DNA from: Histomonas meleagridis 2922-C6/04-290x
Lineage: Eukaryota > Protista > Parabasalia
Direction of reading: 5' to 3'
Length of the DNA stretch: 64,000 nt
Assembly: GCA_020184695.1 (NCBI GenBank)
Contig: JAANOX010000113.1
Location: 102,257-166,256 of the forward strand
The notes under the pieces: generated by a model
What the model was told of the DNA's origin: nothing
The model's database searches: none
What the model saw: only the letters and a program-made list of their open reading frames with translations
Part shown: piece after piece, positions 41,683-53,254 of the stretch
How the letters are laid out: each line of letters opens with the position of its first letter
Position numbering within the stretch: the first letter of the stretch is position 1
Translations under genes and position numbers: made by a program

Positions 41683-44600
41683 ATGAGAAGAACTTCTCCC
41701 AGAAGAGCAAAACAAACAAAAAATATACAACCATCTCCTCATGAAAGTGAATCAAGTTACCAAGTATATGAAATTTCAGATACAGATGATTCATTAAAAT
41801 CATCTAATTCAAAAATACAAGAGATAAAAAGTCCTCAACGCAAACAAACAAGAAAAAATCAACTTGCGAGTCCAAATAAGAAAAATAATTCAGATAATGT
41901 ATTTTATGACATTGAGACACCTGAAGAAATTGGTTCATCAAATGAAATAACCGATGTTGATACGAGTCCTGCTTTTCATAAAGCAAAAAATCCTAAAATG
42001 TCACCTACAAAATCACATGTTGGTAATGATTTATCAAAATTTTTACAAGTTTCTCGAAACAATAACTTTTCAGATAAACCAAAACCAAAGGCAGACAATA
42101 AATACAATGTTTCAGCTTTAAAATCTCTCCTTGAAAAAAGTCCAATTTCCAAACTTAAGAAGTCAAAACCTTTAAATTTTGAAAATGCACCAAAAACCAA
42201 AACCAAAATAACATTCCAACCATTCACAAAAACCACAGATTCATTTCAAATCGCAAGTGATGAGCCACGCCTTAATTCTATTTTTGATATTCCAACATCA
42301 GATACGAATGAACCATTTACGCATGACAATGTAACATTTGACACATCTCAATCCGAAATTCGTGAATTATATTTATTTTCGATATTTGAAGAAAGTAATC
42401 TTTTATATTTATTTTGTAAATATGATGCAGACCCATATCAGTATGGTACAATTTGCTTATGTATCACATCTCCGTCATATTATTTACAATTTTTACCAAG
42501 AAGCAACGAATCTAAATCTGATATTGAACGGGAAATTCTATCAATTATCAAACAATGTAATGGAATTATAAAATCACTTCAATGGATCGAAAAGAAAACA
42601 ATTGAACATGAAACCAACAATTATTTAGAAGTAGAAATCAGTTCAGATACGAAATTATTTGATGTTCCATTAAAAGGTAAATATTATCAATCGATAAATG
42701 GTTCAACACTTTCATTAACAGAACATTTAAGTTTACGTAATAATATTAAAGGTACACAATGGATAAGTGTTGAATGTTCACAATCATTACATTTCGAAAC
42801 AACTATACCAATGTTAAACACGCAAAACTTTAATAACATTAATTTAATCAAAAATAACTTAAAGCCATCATTTAACATTTGTATTTTATCTATTTATTAT
42901 TATAAGAAAAGTGTTTTTCTTTTGTCAATTCGAATTTTATATCAATGGGACATCGAAAACATGGTTGAAAACAAGTTAAAATCTGGCGCTGGACATAAAA
43001 TCATTACTTATATTGTCGGTAACAAACCTAATCAATATAATGATTCATTAACAATATTTTGTCAAAGTGAATCCGAATTATTAACACTTTTTTTGGATAA
43101 ACTTGATCAATATGATATTGATTTGTTAATTTCTTATGATATAAATAAAGATTTAAAGATTTTGTTAAATAGAATTAAAGAATTAAAGATTCAACAATGG
43201 AGAAAATTCGGTCGTCATTTTCGAACTGTTTTTCCTTCATCGATTTATTCATTAACTTCGGGGAGAATGCTTCTGAACTTAAAACGAATATATAAAAAGT
43301 TTTATCAATTAAAAACTGATACATTTTCATCGTTAATATTAAATGAATTATCAATAAATCGACCAATGATTGAAGAAGAAAAAGTTTATAATGCATTAAA
43401 ATCAAATAATAATCAACAACTTTCGATGATTATAGGATTAAGTAGAAGAGACACATTATTAATAAAACAATTATTAGAAAAACGAAATTTAATACTTTTT
43501 GCAAATAAAATCGCAAGAATTACTGGCGATCAATGGTCGAATATAATGTATGAAAATAATAAAAAATTTATTGAATCAATGTTTATGTTAACATGTAATA
43601 AAAAAGGATTTTTAATTCCAGACAAAATCCAAGAAAATATTATTAAAGAAACTCAAAAGAATATTAATAATAGTAAAAAATATCCAATTTTAATAAATGA
43701 TTCAACAATTTTATTAGAATCAGAATTTGTGGAAGCCAAAATTATTAAAGAGAAAAATATTTGTTTTACAACTTTAAATAATAATAAATTTAAAGGTTTA
43801 ATTCCTTTATTAATTTCCGAATTATTAAAAACTTTTGACGTATTAAAAGAAAAAGATGATAAAAACTCATTAACTTTAAGAGAATCGATTACATTAATTC
43901 TTTACTTAATACCGAAATATTTTAAAATCAAAAATGGAAGATTTCCTTTAAGTAATATAAACGAAATATTGAAAAATGAAATTTCGAATCTTTTTAATAA
44001 TGAAATAATAAATATTAATCGAAATATAATAATTCTTAAAGGAAATGATTTGAGTTTTAATAAAAAAGTTCCGATTCAATATGAAATAAAAAATAAATTT
44101 TCGAAAATTTTTATTTCGGAAAAAAATTCATATATAGCATATGATAATAATATAAATGAAGTTGTTAATAATAATTTTCTACTTCGTTTTGATTGGTGTT
44201 TATTCACTAAGAAATTAATTGAAATTATAATTACGAAATATTTAAATTCGAATGATTTCGAAGTTGAATTTATAAATATAATAAAAAAATTATTAAAACC
44301 TAAAAATTTAATAATAAATGAATTTATTATAACATCGAAAATTCCAAAGAATTATAATAAAGAAGAATCATTTGGAATATTTTTAAGTAATTTACAAAAC
44401 AAAGGAAAAATTCATTACTTCGATGACACTGTCCAATATATTCGATGTAATTCATCCGAAAAATATAAAGTTCCAAAAGATATTAAAAATATTAATGAAA
44501 TTGATATAAATTGGTATAAAAAGAATCAATTTATACCCGCGTTAATACAAACATTAAAACCATTTAAGTCGATTTCGATTGATTTAATATATAATTTATT

Positions 44601-45153
44601 CGATGTACCGAATTATGAAAATATAAATAATGAAAATGAACTTCAATTTAAATGTCCGAAATGTTTTAAAAATAATACGTTTTATGGTATAACAGGGAAA
44701 TGTTTTAATTGTAGTAAATGTGGAATTAAAATTAATTCGAAGTTATTAACAAATTTGTTGATTGATAATATTCGTAATTTTATATATAATGAAAAGAATA
44801 ATAAATTAATTAAATGTGATAAATATTTATGTAATTATTCTTCGTTACAAATTCCTTTAACAAACGTTTTTGTTCATCAAAGTCCAACAAAAATGTATAG
44901 TATTTGTGACGGAAAATTAAAATTGGTGAAAGATTCATACGAATTATATCAATGTTTAAGCGATTTCTCTGACCTTTTCGACGTGGACGAAGTAAACACT
45001 AAAGAATCAAAAGAATTTCAATCAGCAATGAAGTCGTATATTGATGCGATTTTACAAAATCATGGATACAAAAATATACAACTGAGCGCATTTCAGTCAC
45101 AAGAAGAACAAAGTAGTTTTAGTACTAATGTTTTTTCTTTGATAGATGAATAA
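41683..45153 (+). CDS. DNA polymerase alpha catalytic-subunit paralogue lacking the polymerase catalytic motifs
   Basis: Pol-alpha order retained: YDIDLLISYD and GRMLLNL exonuclease-like region, GFLIPDK, EKNICFTT, C-terminal CPKC...CFNCSKC...CDKYLC...CDG zinc fingers. No DFNSLYPS or YGDTDS. Confidence 0.75.
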   Translation: MRRTSPRRAKQTKNIQPSPHESESSYQVYEISDTDDSLKSSNSKIQEIKSPQRKQTRKNQLASPNKKNNSDNVFYDIETPEEIGSSNEITDVDTSPAFHKAKNPKMSPTKSHVGNDLSKFLQVSRNNNFSDKPKPKADNKYNVSALKSLLEKSPISKLKKSKPLNFENAPKTKTKITFQPFTKTTDSFQIASDEPRLNSIFDIPTSDTNEPFTHDNVTFDTSQSEIRELYLFSIFEESNLLYLFCKYDADPYQYGTICLCITSPSYYLQFLPRSNESKSDIEREILSIIKQCNGIIKSLQWIEKKTIEHETNNYLEVEISSDTKLFDVPLKGKYYQSINGSTLSLTEHLSLRNNIKGTQWISVECSQSLHFETTIPMLNTQNFNNINLIKNNLKPSFNICILSIYYYKKSVFLLSIRILYQWDIENMVENKLKSGAGHKIITYIVGNKPNQYNDSLTIFCQSESELLTLFLDKLDQYDIDLLISYDINKDLKILLNRIKELKIQQWRKFGRHFRTVFPSSIYSLTSGRMLLNLKRIYKKFYQLKTDTFSSLILNELSINRPMIEEEKVYNALKSNNNQQLSMIIGLSRRDTLLIKQLLEKRNLILFANKIARITGDQWSNIMYENNKKFIESMFMLTCNKKGFLIPDKIQENIIKETQKNINNSKKYPILINDSTILLESEFVEAKIIKEKNICFTTLNNNKFKGLIPLLISELLKTFDVLKEKDDKNSLTLRESITLILYLIPKYFKIKNGRFPLSNINEILKNEISNLFNNEIININRNIIILKGNDLSFNKKVPIQYEIKNKFSKIFISEKNSYIAYDNNINEVVNNNFLLRFDWCLFTKKLIEIIITKYLNSNDFEVEFINIIKKLLKPKNLIINEFIITSKIPKNYNKEESFGIFLSNLQNKGKIHYFDDTVQYIRCNSSEKYKVPKDIKNINEIDINWYKKNQFIPALIQTLKPFKSISIDLIYNLFDVPNYENINNENELQFKCPKCFKNNTFYGITGKCFNCSKCGIKINSKLLTNLLIDNIRNFIYNEKNNKLIKCDKYLCNYSSLQIPLTNVFVHQSPTKMYSICDGKLKLVKDSYELYQCLSDFSDLFDVDEVNTKESKEFQSAMKSYIDAILQNHGYKNIQLSAFQSQEEQSSFSTNVFSLIDE

Positions 45154-45369
45154 AAATTGTGTTTTAGATCATGTATAAACTTTTTTTTCCATTTAAACAA
45201 AAAATTTATATACAAAATTATTAAAATTATTATATAATACGAAATATGTTTTTCTTGATAAATTAATTTTTCATAATTGAATTTGTTTGGACGATATAGT
45301 GTCAGTACAAACTAATTTCATAAAAAAACAACAACTTTGCTATTAGCAGATCCACAAAATAATTTTATT

Positions 45370-45510
45370 TTATTTGTCAAGAAGTAATTTTCGGATTTTC
45401 TTATTTCAAAATAAGTACAGTACTAAAAGATCTAAAAAATTTGTCAAATATTATGAAACATTAAATAATTTATTAAGTAGAAATAAATTAAAACTTAACA
45501 ATATATATTT
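45370..45510 (-). pseudogene. Highly decayed ankyrin and spacer relic
   Basis: Minus strand ...ATAAATTATTT AAT GTTTCATAATATTT GAC AAATTTTTTAGATCTTTT AGT ACT GTA CTT...AAATTACTTCTTGAC resembles the intact arrays with indels. Confidence 0.4.
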
Positions 45511-45655
45511 AATTCAGTAATATAATATGAATTTTCAATGTTTATTTAAATAAACATTTTGTTAAAATGTTCTTCTTTGAAATCTTTTGCAAATGGGTCT
45601 TCACCAATATTACACGTTTCTCTATTATTTGTAGATTTCCTCTGGGAATATTGGG

Positions 45656-45880
45656 TTCTAAATTGGAACAACAATCAAAACAATAACCTTTAATTGTTAG
45701 ATCAGAATCTCCAGTTTAAACTGTTACCAAAGATGTCCATTTTTCAAATGCCTTTGATAGTATTACTGTAATTCTGCTTTCAATAATAACGTGTTTGGTT
45801 TCATATTAATAAGTATCACTAAAATCACATGTATCCATAATCGTTAGTATATCTCCTGAAAATCTTTCAATTGAATATAC
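45656..45880 (-). pseudogene. BspA N-terminal fragment with in-frame stops
   Basis: Reads YSIERFSGDILTIMDTCDFSDTY*YETKHVIIESRITVILSKAFEKWTSLVTV*TGDSDLTIKGYCFDCCSNLE, similar to the start of the BspA at 1916-3928. Confidence 0.65.
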
Positions 45881-46329
45881 CTAAAACAAAACAAATATGA
45901 TCAGAAAATTTGCTTATATTTTTTGTATGAATAGCATTACTTGATAAAAATTTAATTCTATTAAATCTAATTAAGGACACAAAAAATATTAATAGAGTAC
46001 ATTGTTGAAAAAGTATACGTCTTGTATCAGTATTTGAATACAAATGAAAAAAAAAAAGAAATTTATTATTGGATTTGTTTATATATATGCTGATATTATT
46101 TGGATAATTTTAGTATCCTCCTGATCATTTCTATTGATAAAGCATATTATCACACCAAACTGAAATAAAAGTAAGTACAATGAGCTGTAATCTTCCTAAT
46201 GTTAGAGTCAGATTTATATGATAAAAATTATTTGTACATAAGGTTAAATTCATTTGACAATTTAACTAATCATTTTTATTCACTTCTATATTTAAAACAA
46301 AGAATTTGATGTCATCAGCTCGTTAAACA

Positions 46330-47755
46330 TCATTTGACATTAATATTCTTATCTTTTTCAATAAGTAATTTCATTATTTCGACATTATTATTTAATGATG
46401 CCCAGCTTAATGCATTTTCAAATATTTTAAATATTTACCAAATTTAATATTAAAACATCAAATAATTTATATAAGTTTCTTATAAAACAAATATATATTT
46501 TCAGCATTGATGTCAATTTCTTCTTTTTCAAGAAGTAATTTCACTATTTCAATGTTATTATTTAATGCTGCATACATAAGTGGTGTACTAAAAAATAATA
46601 TATTGAAATACTAACATCGAAAGCATTAACATCAACACCTTTTTGTTCCAACAAAAATTTAAAAAGTTCAATATTTTCAAGTGATAAAAAAGTTAAAATA
46701 TTTTTTGGAACTTTATTGAATCCAAGAAAATATTTAACAAGATATAAGTTTCCAATATATGCTGCTTCAATAATTAATGAATCATTGATTTTCATTCCGT
46801 TTTCTTGCAAGAATAACAAAATTTCATAGTTATTGTAATTAATACATTTCTTTCCTAATTCTGTCAAATCATAAAATTCAACAATTTTATTTTCATAAAG
46901 ATATTTAAAGATATCATTTTTATGAAATTGAATTGCTGTTTCATAAGCATATTCAAATGATGAATTATTTTGTTCACACAAATGAATAATTTCAAGATTT
47001 CCACCTGCAATTGCATACATACCTGTGTTTCCTAAACCTGCACCATTCATAAGTAAATATTTTCCTGTATTAGTTACTTTTGCTCCATTCATTAATAAAA
47101 ATTTAAAACATTTAACTGAGCCAAAAAATGCTGCATAATCAATTAATGTAACATATTCCGTATTAATAAATGAACATCTTTCATAAATTGAGGGTTCAAT
47201 TGTTTGATTAAAATCAAAATTTGCTTGCGATGATATTTCTTGGAGTTTTTCTATTTCATCATTTCGAATTATTTTTGCTATTTCATTCGGATTAATTCCT
47301 TCTTCAATTAATTGTATATAAACAGAAAGTTCTTCAGAATTATCATTAGTTTGTTCCCTGGTTTTTTCAGTATAATTAAATTTAATTTGTTCAATTTTAT
47401 TTTTAAGAAGATATGCTTCATAAGTGTAGGTATTCCTAAAAAACTGTGCAAATGCATCCATAATTTTCGATTTGAATTTCTTTGATTCTTCAAATGTTTC
47501 AATTGCATTTATAAAATTCTTACATATGTTACCATCAATTCTTTTAGCATAAAATGATGAGTATGTTATGCTGCTAATAATTATGTTAAAAGAGTATATA
47601 TAATTTCCATCAAAATTATCAAAAATTGATTCAACTGATTGTGCGATATTTTCATTATTTAAATTAAAAATTATTCGATGAAATAATTGTAATTTTTTTA
47701 ATTCATTTAGATATGGATTTTGATTTTCGCTGGAATCCAAAAGCAAAAGTGACAT
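46330..47755 (-). CDS. DUF3447/ankyrin protein with one 29-nt and one 80-nt spacer-type interruption
   Basis: ORF 46562..47755, then segments TPLMYAALNNNIEIVKLLLEKEEIDINAEN (46586-46497) and NALSWASLNNNVEIMKLLIEKDKNINVK* (46416-46330). Confidence 0.75.
46417..46496 (-). other. (17+3)x4 spacer array; codons GAA GAT GGT GAA (E D G E)
   Basis: Codons at 46479-77, 46459-57, 46439-37, 46419-17. Gives EN-EDGE-NAL. Confidence 0.9.
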
Positions 47756-47800
47756 GAATTCTAACAGAGATAGTCAATAAAACTCAGATTCGTTCTTCAA

Positions 47801-48736
47801 GTGGAGAAATTAATTGAATATTTACAATCTCAAAACTATAAAAATATTATTGTTTTAATAGGTGCTGGGGTTTCAGTATCAGCAGGTATTTTAGATAGTC
47901 ACTCGTTAGCATCTTTAGATTCACCAATTAATACACAATCACAAAATAAAATTGCTATTTCATTCAAAACAATCTTTGATATTGATGTATTTAAAAAATA
48001 TCCAAAACAATTTTGGATCATGTTTAGTCAAATATTACCAAATGAAAACTTAAGACCAACTCCATTCCATTATTTAATATCATTATTAAATCGACACAAT
48101 ATGTTACTTCGATGTTATACACAAAATTTTGATGGTCTTGAAGAACTTTGTGGAATTCCAGAAGATAAAATCATTTATTCACATGGAAACATTAAAAAAT
48201 GTCATTGCCTTGATTGCAAATCAGAAGTTTCTTTTTCATATTGTTTATCAGAAATAAGTGAAGGGAGAGCTCCCACATGCCAATCTTGTAATAGTATTTT
48301 CGTTAAACCAGACATCATATTTATTGGTGAAACTCTCCCAAAAGAATTTATTGATCATAAATCAGACATGGCGAATGCTGATTTAATGATAATTGCAGGA
48401 ACTTCACTTACATTTTATCCATTTGCAAATTTGCCATGTGAAGTGGGAAATGGGGTACCCCGATTTCTAATTAATAACGAAAAAGTGCGCAGCAAAAACG
48501 GTTTTTTGTCTAATGTTTGGAATTGGCTTAAATCATTTTTTACTCTGTTTTACAAAGATTATTCCACAATATTTGACTTCTCTTCTAATAGAGATTGGTG
48601 GGTTCCTGGTGATCTCCAAGAAACGGCGATAGAAATCATCCGCTCTCTTGGATACGAAGAAGAATTTAACCAATTAAATTCTCAATTCGAACCATATCAT
48701 CTGTTTTACGTCAGTGTTTCATCACAGGAACCATAA
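47801..48736 (+). CDS. Sir2-family (SIRT2/Hst2-like) protein; start codon uncertain, possibly divergent
   Basis: LIGAGVS, YTQNFDGLE, HG plus CHCLDC...CQSC zinc site, VKPDIIFIGE, IAGTSL, RFLINNE. The ORF opens on GTG with no in-frame ATG after the TAG at 47771. Confidence 0.8.
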   Translation: MEKLIEYLQSQNYKNIIVLIGAGVSVSAGILDSHSLASLDSPINTQSQNKIAISFKTIFDIDVFKKYPKQFWIMFSQILPNENLRPTPFHYLISLLNRHNMLLRCYTQNFDGLEELCGIPEDKIIYSHGNIKKCHCLDCKSEVSFSYCLSEISEGRAPTCQSCNSIFVKPDIIFIGETLPKEFIDHKSDMANADLMIIAGTSLTFYPFANLPCEVGNGVPRFLINNEKVRSKNGFLSNVWNWLKSFFTLFYKDYSTIFDFSSNRDWWVPGDLQETAIEIIRSLGYEEEFNQLNSQFEPYHLFYVSVSSQEP

Positions 48737-48771
48737 AAACTACACAAAATAATTATTTACAAACTAATTAA

Positions 48772-51167
48772 TCAATCCGATCCCAAACTATTACAATTGT
48801 AAAGTTGACCAAAATCGATTTTTTCTAATTCGTTCGACGCTTTTGATTTGCTTCTTTTTGCTCTCGGAGGGAATTTCTTCTTGTTGTCCTTTTTATCGAA
48901 CATTTTCGTCTCTTTGTCCTTTTGCATCAGATCAGAACCGCACGCGGAGAACGATTTGGGAATGACCTTTTTCACAATGTTCAGCGTGGACTGCGTAAGA
49001 GCAGTTAGCGCTATTGATGGGAAAGAAGAAAGTTCTGATTCATCATCGTCATCTGAATTAATCATTGGCACCTGTAAATCTTGCGTAAACGAGCTATGAG
49101 CGGATAATAGAAATGACGAGTTTGTGTTCGCGCTTGTCATAGTTTCTTTGGCGATTGTGATATCTTCAAGAATGTCATCACCAACATCAAACTTGTATTT
49201 TTGAGTAAAGTTATGGGTATCTGTCACGTTCTTTACCGGGGGAATGTACGGTGGCTCTATTAAATCGAAAGTTTCCCAATCAATATCAGAAAACCATGGA
49301 TTTGATAAAATTTCATCTATTCCTTTGGCACCACACCTTTTCTCAGGATCTATTTCAAGAAGACCACGGATAAATGAGATACATTGATCAGATACACCTT
49401 CTTCTTTGAGTGCCTGATAATTAACATTACATTTAAGAATGTTAACAAAGATCTCTGACTCAGTTTGTGCATGAAAAGGTGGAGTACCAAGAAGGAATTC
49501 ATATAAGACAACACCTAATGACCAAAAATCAGTTGCATAAGAATGTTGCTTACATAAAAGTATTTCAGGTGATATATAATCTGGCGTTCCTAAGATTTCT
49601 TTTTCATTTGACTTCGAAATATCGACATTTAACTTTCTTTCTACAGCGCCATAAAAACTTAACCCGAAGTCGGTTAATTTGAGGTGCCCCGAGGCCGTTA
49701 TGAGAATGTTATCGGGCTTTAGGTCCCTGTGTATGATGCCGTTTGAATGGAGATATTTGAGAGCTTGAACGATCTCAACCGTATAGAATTTAGCGGTTTG
49801 CTCATCAAATGAGCCGAATTCATTGAGAAGAGAAAACAAATCTCCTCCTGGAATATATTCCATAACCAAATATAAGTTATGTTCACCAAGAATTGAATAA
49901 TCTATGTGTTAGAGTTATAATAGGAATCATTTCCAATATTTAGAAATTAATACTAATTTCTAATGTTTGGAAATGATATAAAAAACATACAGAAATTAAC
50001 TATGTAGGGGTTACTGTTTTGAAGAAGAATATCTTTTTCAGTAAGAATCCGGCGAACCTGATTCTTTTGTTTTAACCCCGACTTAGGAGTGACTTTTATA
50101 GCATAGATATCTTTTGTCCGAGTCTTCCGAGCAAGAAAAACTCGTGCAAAAGAGCCGCTAGAGATAGGTTTCAAAAATTCAAAATCTGCAATTGTGGTTT
50201 GATATGAGGGAGCAAAGCTATTACGGGAACTAAGGGCTGTTGTCCTTTCGAGTTTAGACGATATTTCTGAAAAAGATTGATATGCATTTGATTTCTCGAT
50301 AATTAATTCTTTGGCTTTTTCTAAGAAACCATATGCTTGTGAGTTGGAATCTTTAGGAATCGGTATATTTGACAACGAATTGAAGATTTTGTTAAGAATA
50401 TTTAAGCCATCTGGATAATTATTTGGAATATTTCTTGCGGAATTTATAAGCATAATAGCATGAAGCATTGGCAACTGGATCTTAATTGTTGTTTCACGCT
50501 CTCCAGGCCATGCAATTCTGAATAATAACTTATGTATTGATGCTTGTAATTTTTTCAATTTTTCATCTGTAGTTACAATAAGACATTCACTTTCATACGC
50601 ACTTACACAGTGCTGTGAATGCATTTCCATTAACTCAACAGGAACGTATTCTTCACATATGCGACATAATACTAACCGACCACCATTATCGTCATTAGGT
50701 GTTTGATAAATACCTCCTGCATAGCTTGAGCTTCTCCCTCTTTCTTCTTCTACCTTGGCCAGTTTATCTTCTGGAATGTTTGTATCATACGATATAAAAG
50801 TGAATATATGACTAATTGTCAAAGCAACCGAGAGTAAGGAAGTGCACATCTTTGCAAGTTCTGGCGTTTGTTCTTGTTTTAATAGATCTTGAATTGCAGG
50901 AATTGATTCAACAGCATTATCGAAAATTGAACCAAAGTCACAATTAAGGAACAATGTAACAATGCTCTTTATTTTGTTGAGCATTTCAGGTTTTGGCCCA
51001 TTGTACAAAATTATTTGTTTCTGAATATCTTCCAAAATTTCTCTTTGTTCTTTTAACATATCATAAGTATGTTCATAAAGTTCCGGCTCAATTTCAAGGA
51101 AGTCAACTTGAAGTTGATCAAAAGAAAAACTCACCTTGCGACTGAGGCTTGGAAGATCCTTCAGCAT
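48772..51167 (-). CDS. AGC Ser/Thr kinase, Rim15/Greatwall/MAST-like; two exons (51167-49991, 49901-48772)
   Basis: Zinc-finger-like CRICEEY...HSQHC, ISSGSFARVFLA, YAIK, HRDLKPDN, DFGLS, GTPDYISPE. Intron removal gives PYIVNFYYSILGEHNLYLVMEY. Start at 51167 is the first ATG. Confidence 0.9.
49902..49990 (-). other. 89-nt canonical parabasalid spliceosomal intron
   Basis: 5' GTATGT at 49990 and fused branch-point/3' splice site CTAACACATAG at 49912-49902. Removal restores the kinase frame. Confidence 0.95.
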
Positions 51168-51641
51168 TAATACTTTAACAGTCTTTGGCTGAGTAACTTT
51201 TTCAAAAGATTGAATGGATTTAAGCACTAATTTTTTTTGGCAGTTATTTCCAAATTTTGTGTGATTTACAACAACTCCAACCCTTTTAAACCAAAATAAT
51301 GATTTCAATTTTGAATGCAATAATAAATAGTTTTCCAGAAACAATAATCTGAATTAATTCAAAAATTTTTGCCTGGGACCTTTTACAAGGGTTTTGAGCT
51401 TTATAATTTCAACCATCTTTTCATTTTAGGCAACAATGGAGGGAAAAAATCATAACTTAATTAATGAATTACAAAAAAAAGGAACAAATTTATTAGACAA
51501 TTTAAACAACTTGTTTTTAATATTTCAGTTAGCTTCACTCCTTCATAACATAGCCAACTGTTTTACCAAAGTTGATACATTCTTATGAATGTTGATTTAT
51601 TTGTATTTATTTTTCAAAATATTTTCTCACAATGGTTATGT

Positions 51642-52946
51642 TTACTCTTTCTGCTCGAATTCTTTTGGAGTTGGGCCTCTTATGTACCCAGTTTGCTGAA
51701 TGTAACTCTGTGAGTATCTCGAAACCACTTTGTTTGATCTTCGTGACATTTGCGATGCAATTCGAATCTCTTCGTCGCGGCGCTTCTTCTGAGTCTCCAA
51801 TCCTTTGAGTCTTGATTGCATTCTTAATGACATCTGTGATTCGGGTCTTGCACTCAAACTGATCATTTTAGGCTTTGCATCTGCACGTGGTGCCAATCCG
51901 TATTTAACTTTTATTTCTAAATATTCATCTTCGAGATGATTTAGAAGAATCGGTTTAATGTTCATATCAACTTTCGGACCCTTCTGTCCTTTAATACGTG
52001 GGTCATAACCACTTTTGTTGATTGAGTCAAACATCTTCTTATACTCTGTGTCGAGGTCTTTTTTGAACTGTGCATTCAGCTGTGAAATCCTCGTGTGAAG
52101 TGATCTATTCAAAAAGTCGAGTTCAGATTCGAACCTTTTTTCAAGGTTTGCCAATTCTTCCTTTTGGTGTGCGAGAAGAAGGTCCATCTTATTGTTATAG
52201 ATACCTCTGAAGAAATCTTCTCGTCGTTTTTCTTCATCTGATTTGATATCATTCGCTTGATCTTGAAGTTCTTGCGCTTTGGAAAAATCACCTCGAGTGG
52301 CAGTGAGCTTTGCACGATCTATAAGAACATCATATTGAGGAATTGATTGTTCCATTTTTTGTCGAAATTCTTTGAACATCTTTTTCTCAAAATCAGTGAG
52401 TTGCTTAAGATGAGTATCACGAAGCTGTTGGAATGATTCCGATAACTTCGTACGAATTTCAACTTCTTTGCCATAAAATTCTTTATAAGTATTTGCACGT
52501 TCAATAAGGAGCTTCTTACCAATTTTATTGCATGTGTTGGTAAGTGTAGTTTTGAAGCTCCCAATGAAGTTATTTGATTCAATTTCTTTGATGTTATCAA
52601 TTTGTTGTTGAATTTGGTTAGCAAGATGGAAATCTAAATTTTCTATTGCCTCCTTTTGCTTTGCCTTAAGTGTGTCAATTGATTCAGTTGCTTCAAATTC
52701 TTCATTTTCTTCGTCATCTTGATAAAAATTCGAATCGATCACAAGCTTTATTTCATTTTCTGTTTCAGTCTCCGTTTCTCCATGTTGTTTTTCTGTTTCT
52801 GAGTGGCTTGATGTATGAGAAATTAATTCCTTTTGTTGAATCAAATCTTCGCCATGATTTTGATCCAAATCGTTTGTATCCCAGGGCTTTGTCTCAGCTT
52901 CCCCCTTTGCAGATGATTCCTGAGGAGATTCATCCACAACATTCAT
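51642..52946 (-). CDS. Hypothetical coiled-coil protein
   Basis: 434-aa ATG ORF rich in E/K/Q heptads. Confidence 0.7.
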   Translation of the reverse strand: MNVVDESPQESSAKGEAETKPWDTNDLDQNHGEDLIQQKELISHTSSHSETEKQHGETETETENEIKLVIDSNFYQDDEENEEFEATESIDTLKAKQKEAIENLDFHLANQIQQQIDNIKEIESNNFIGSFKTTLTNTCNKIGKKLLIERANTYKEFYGKEVEIRTKLSESFQQLRDTHLKQLTDFEKKMFKEFRQKMEQSIPQYDVLIDRAKLTATRGDFSKAQELQDQANDIKSDEEKRREDFFRGIYNNKMDLLLAHQKEELANLEKRFESELDFLNRSLHTRISQLNAQFKKDLDTEYKKMFDSINKSGYDPRIKGQKGPKVDMNIKPILLNHLEDEYLEIKVKYGLAPRADAKPKMISLSARPESQMSLRMQSRLKGLETQKKRRDEEIRIASQMSRRSNKVVSRYSQSYIQQTGYIRGPTPKEFEQKE

Positions 52947-53254
52947 TTTGCAGTTGTCTCTTTAGTTAACGGCTTTCTATTGTGATGACTTTGTGTGCAT
53001 TATGATCGTTCACCACCCAAACAAAAACCGATGTAAGCAAAAGTGTATTTCTTTTATGTGTCTTCAAGCTTAAAACTAATCAAATGATCATTGTACAAGG
53101 ATTTTTTAAACTAAAAATATAACAAGTTGCCTACTAAATCAAAGCATTTAACACGTTTTAATTTTCAAGCTAATTTATCTGTAAAACATTTATTTTCTTT
53201 TAGTCTGAAAACTTGTTAAAGTCACACGAAAGTCTATAATTTATTAAAAAATAA

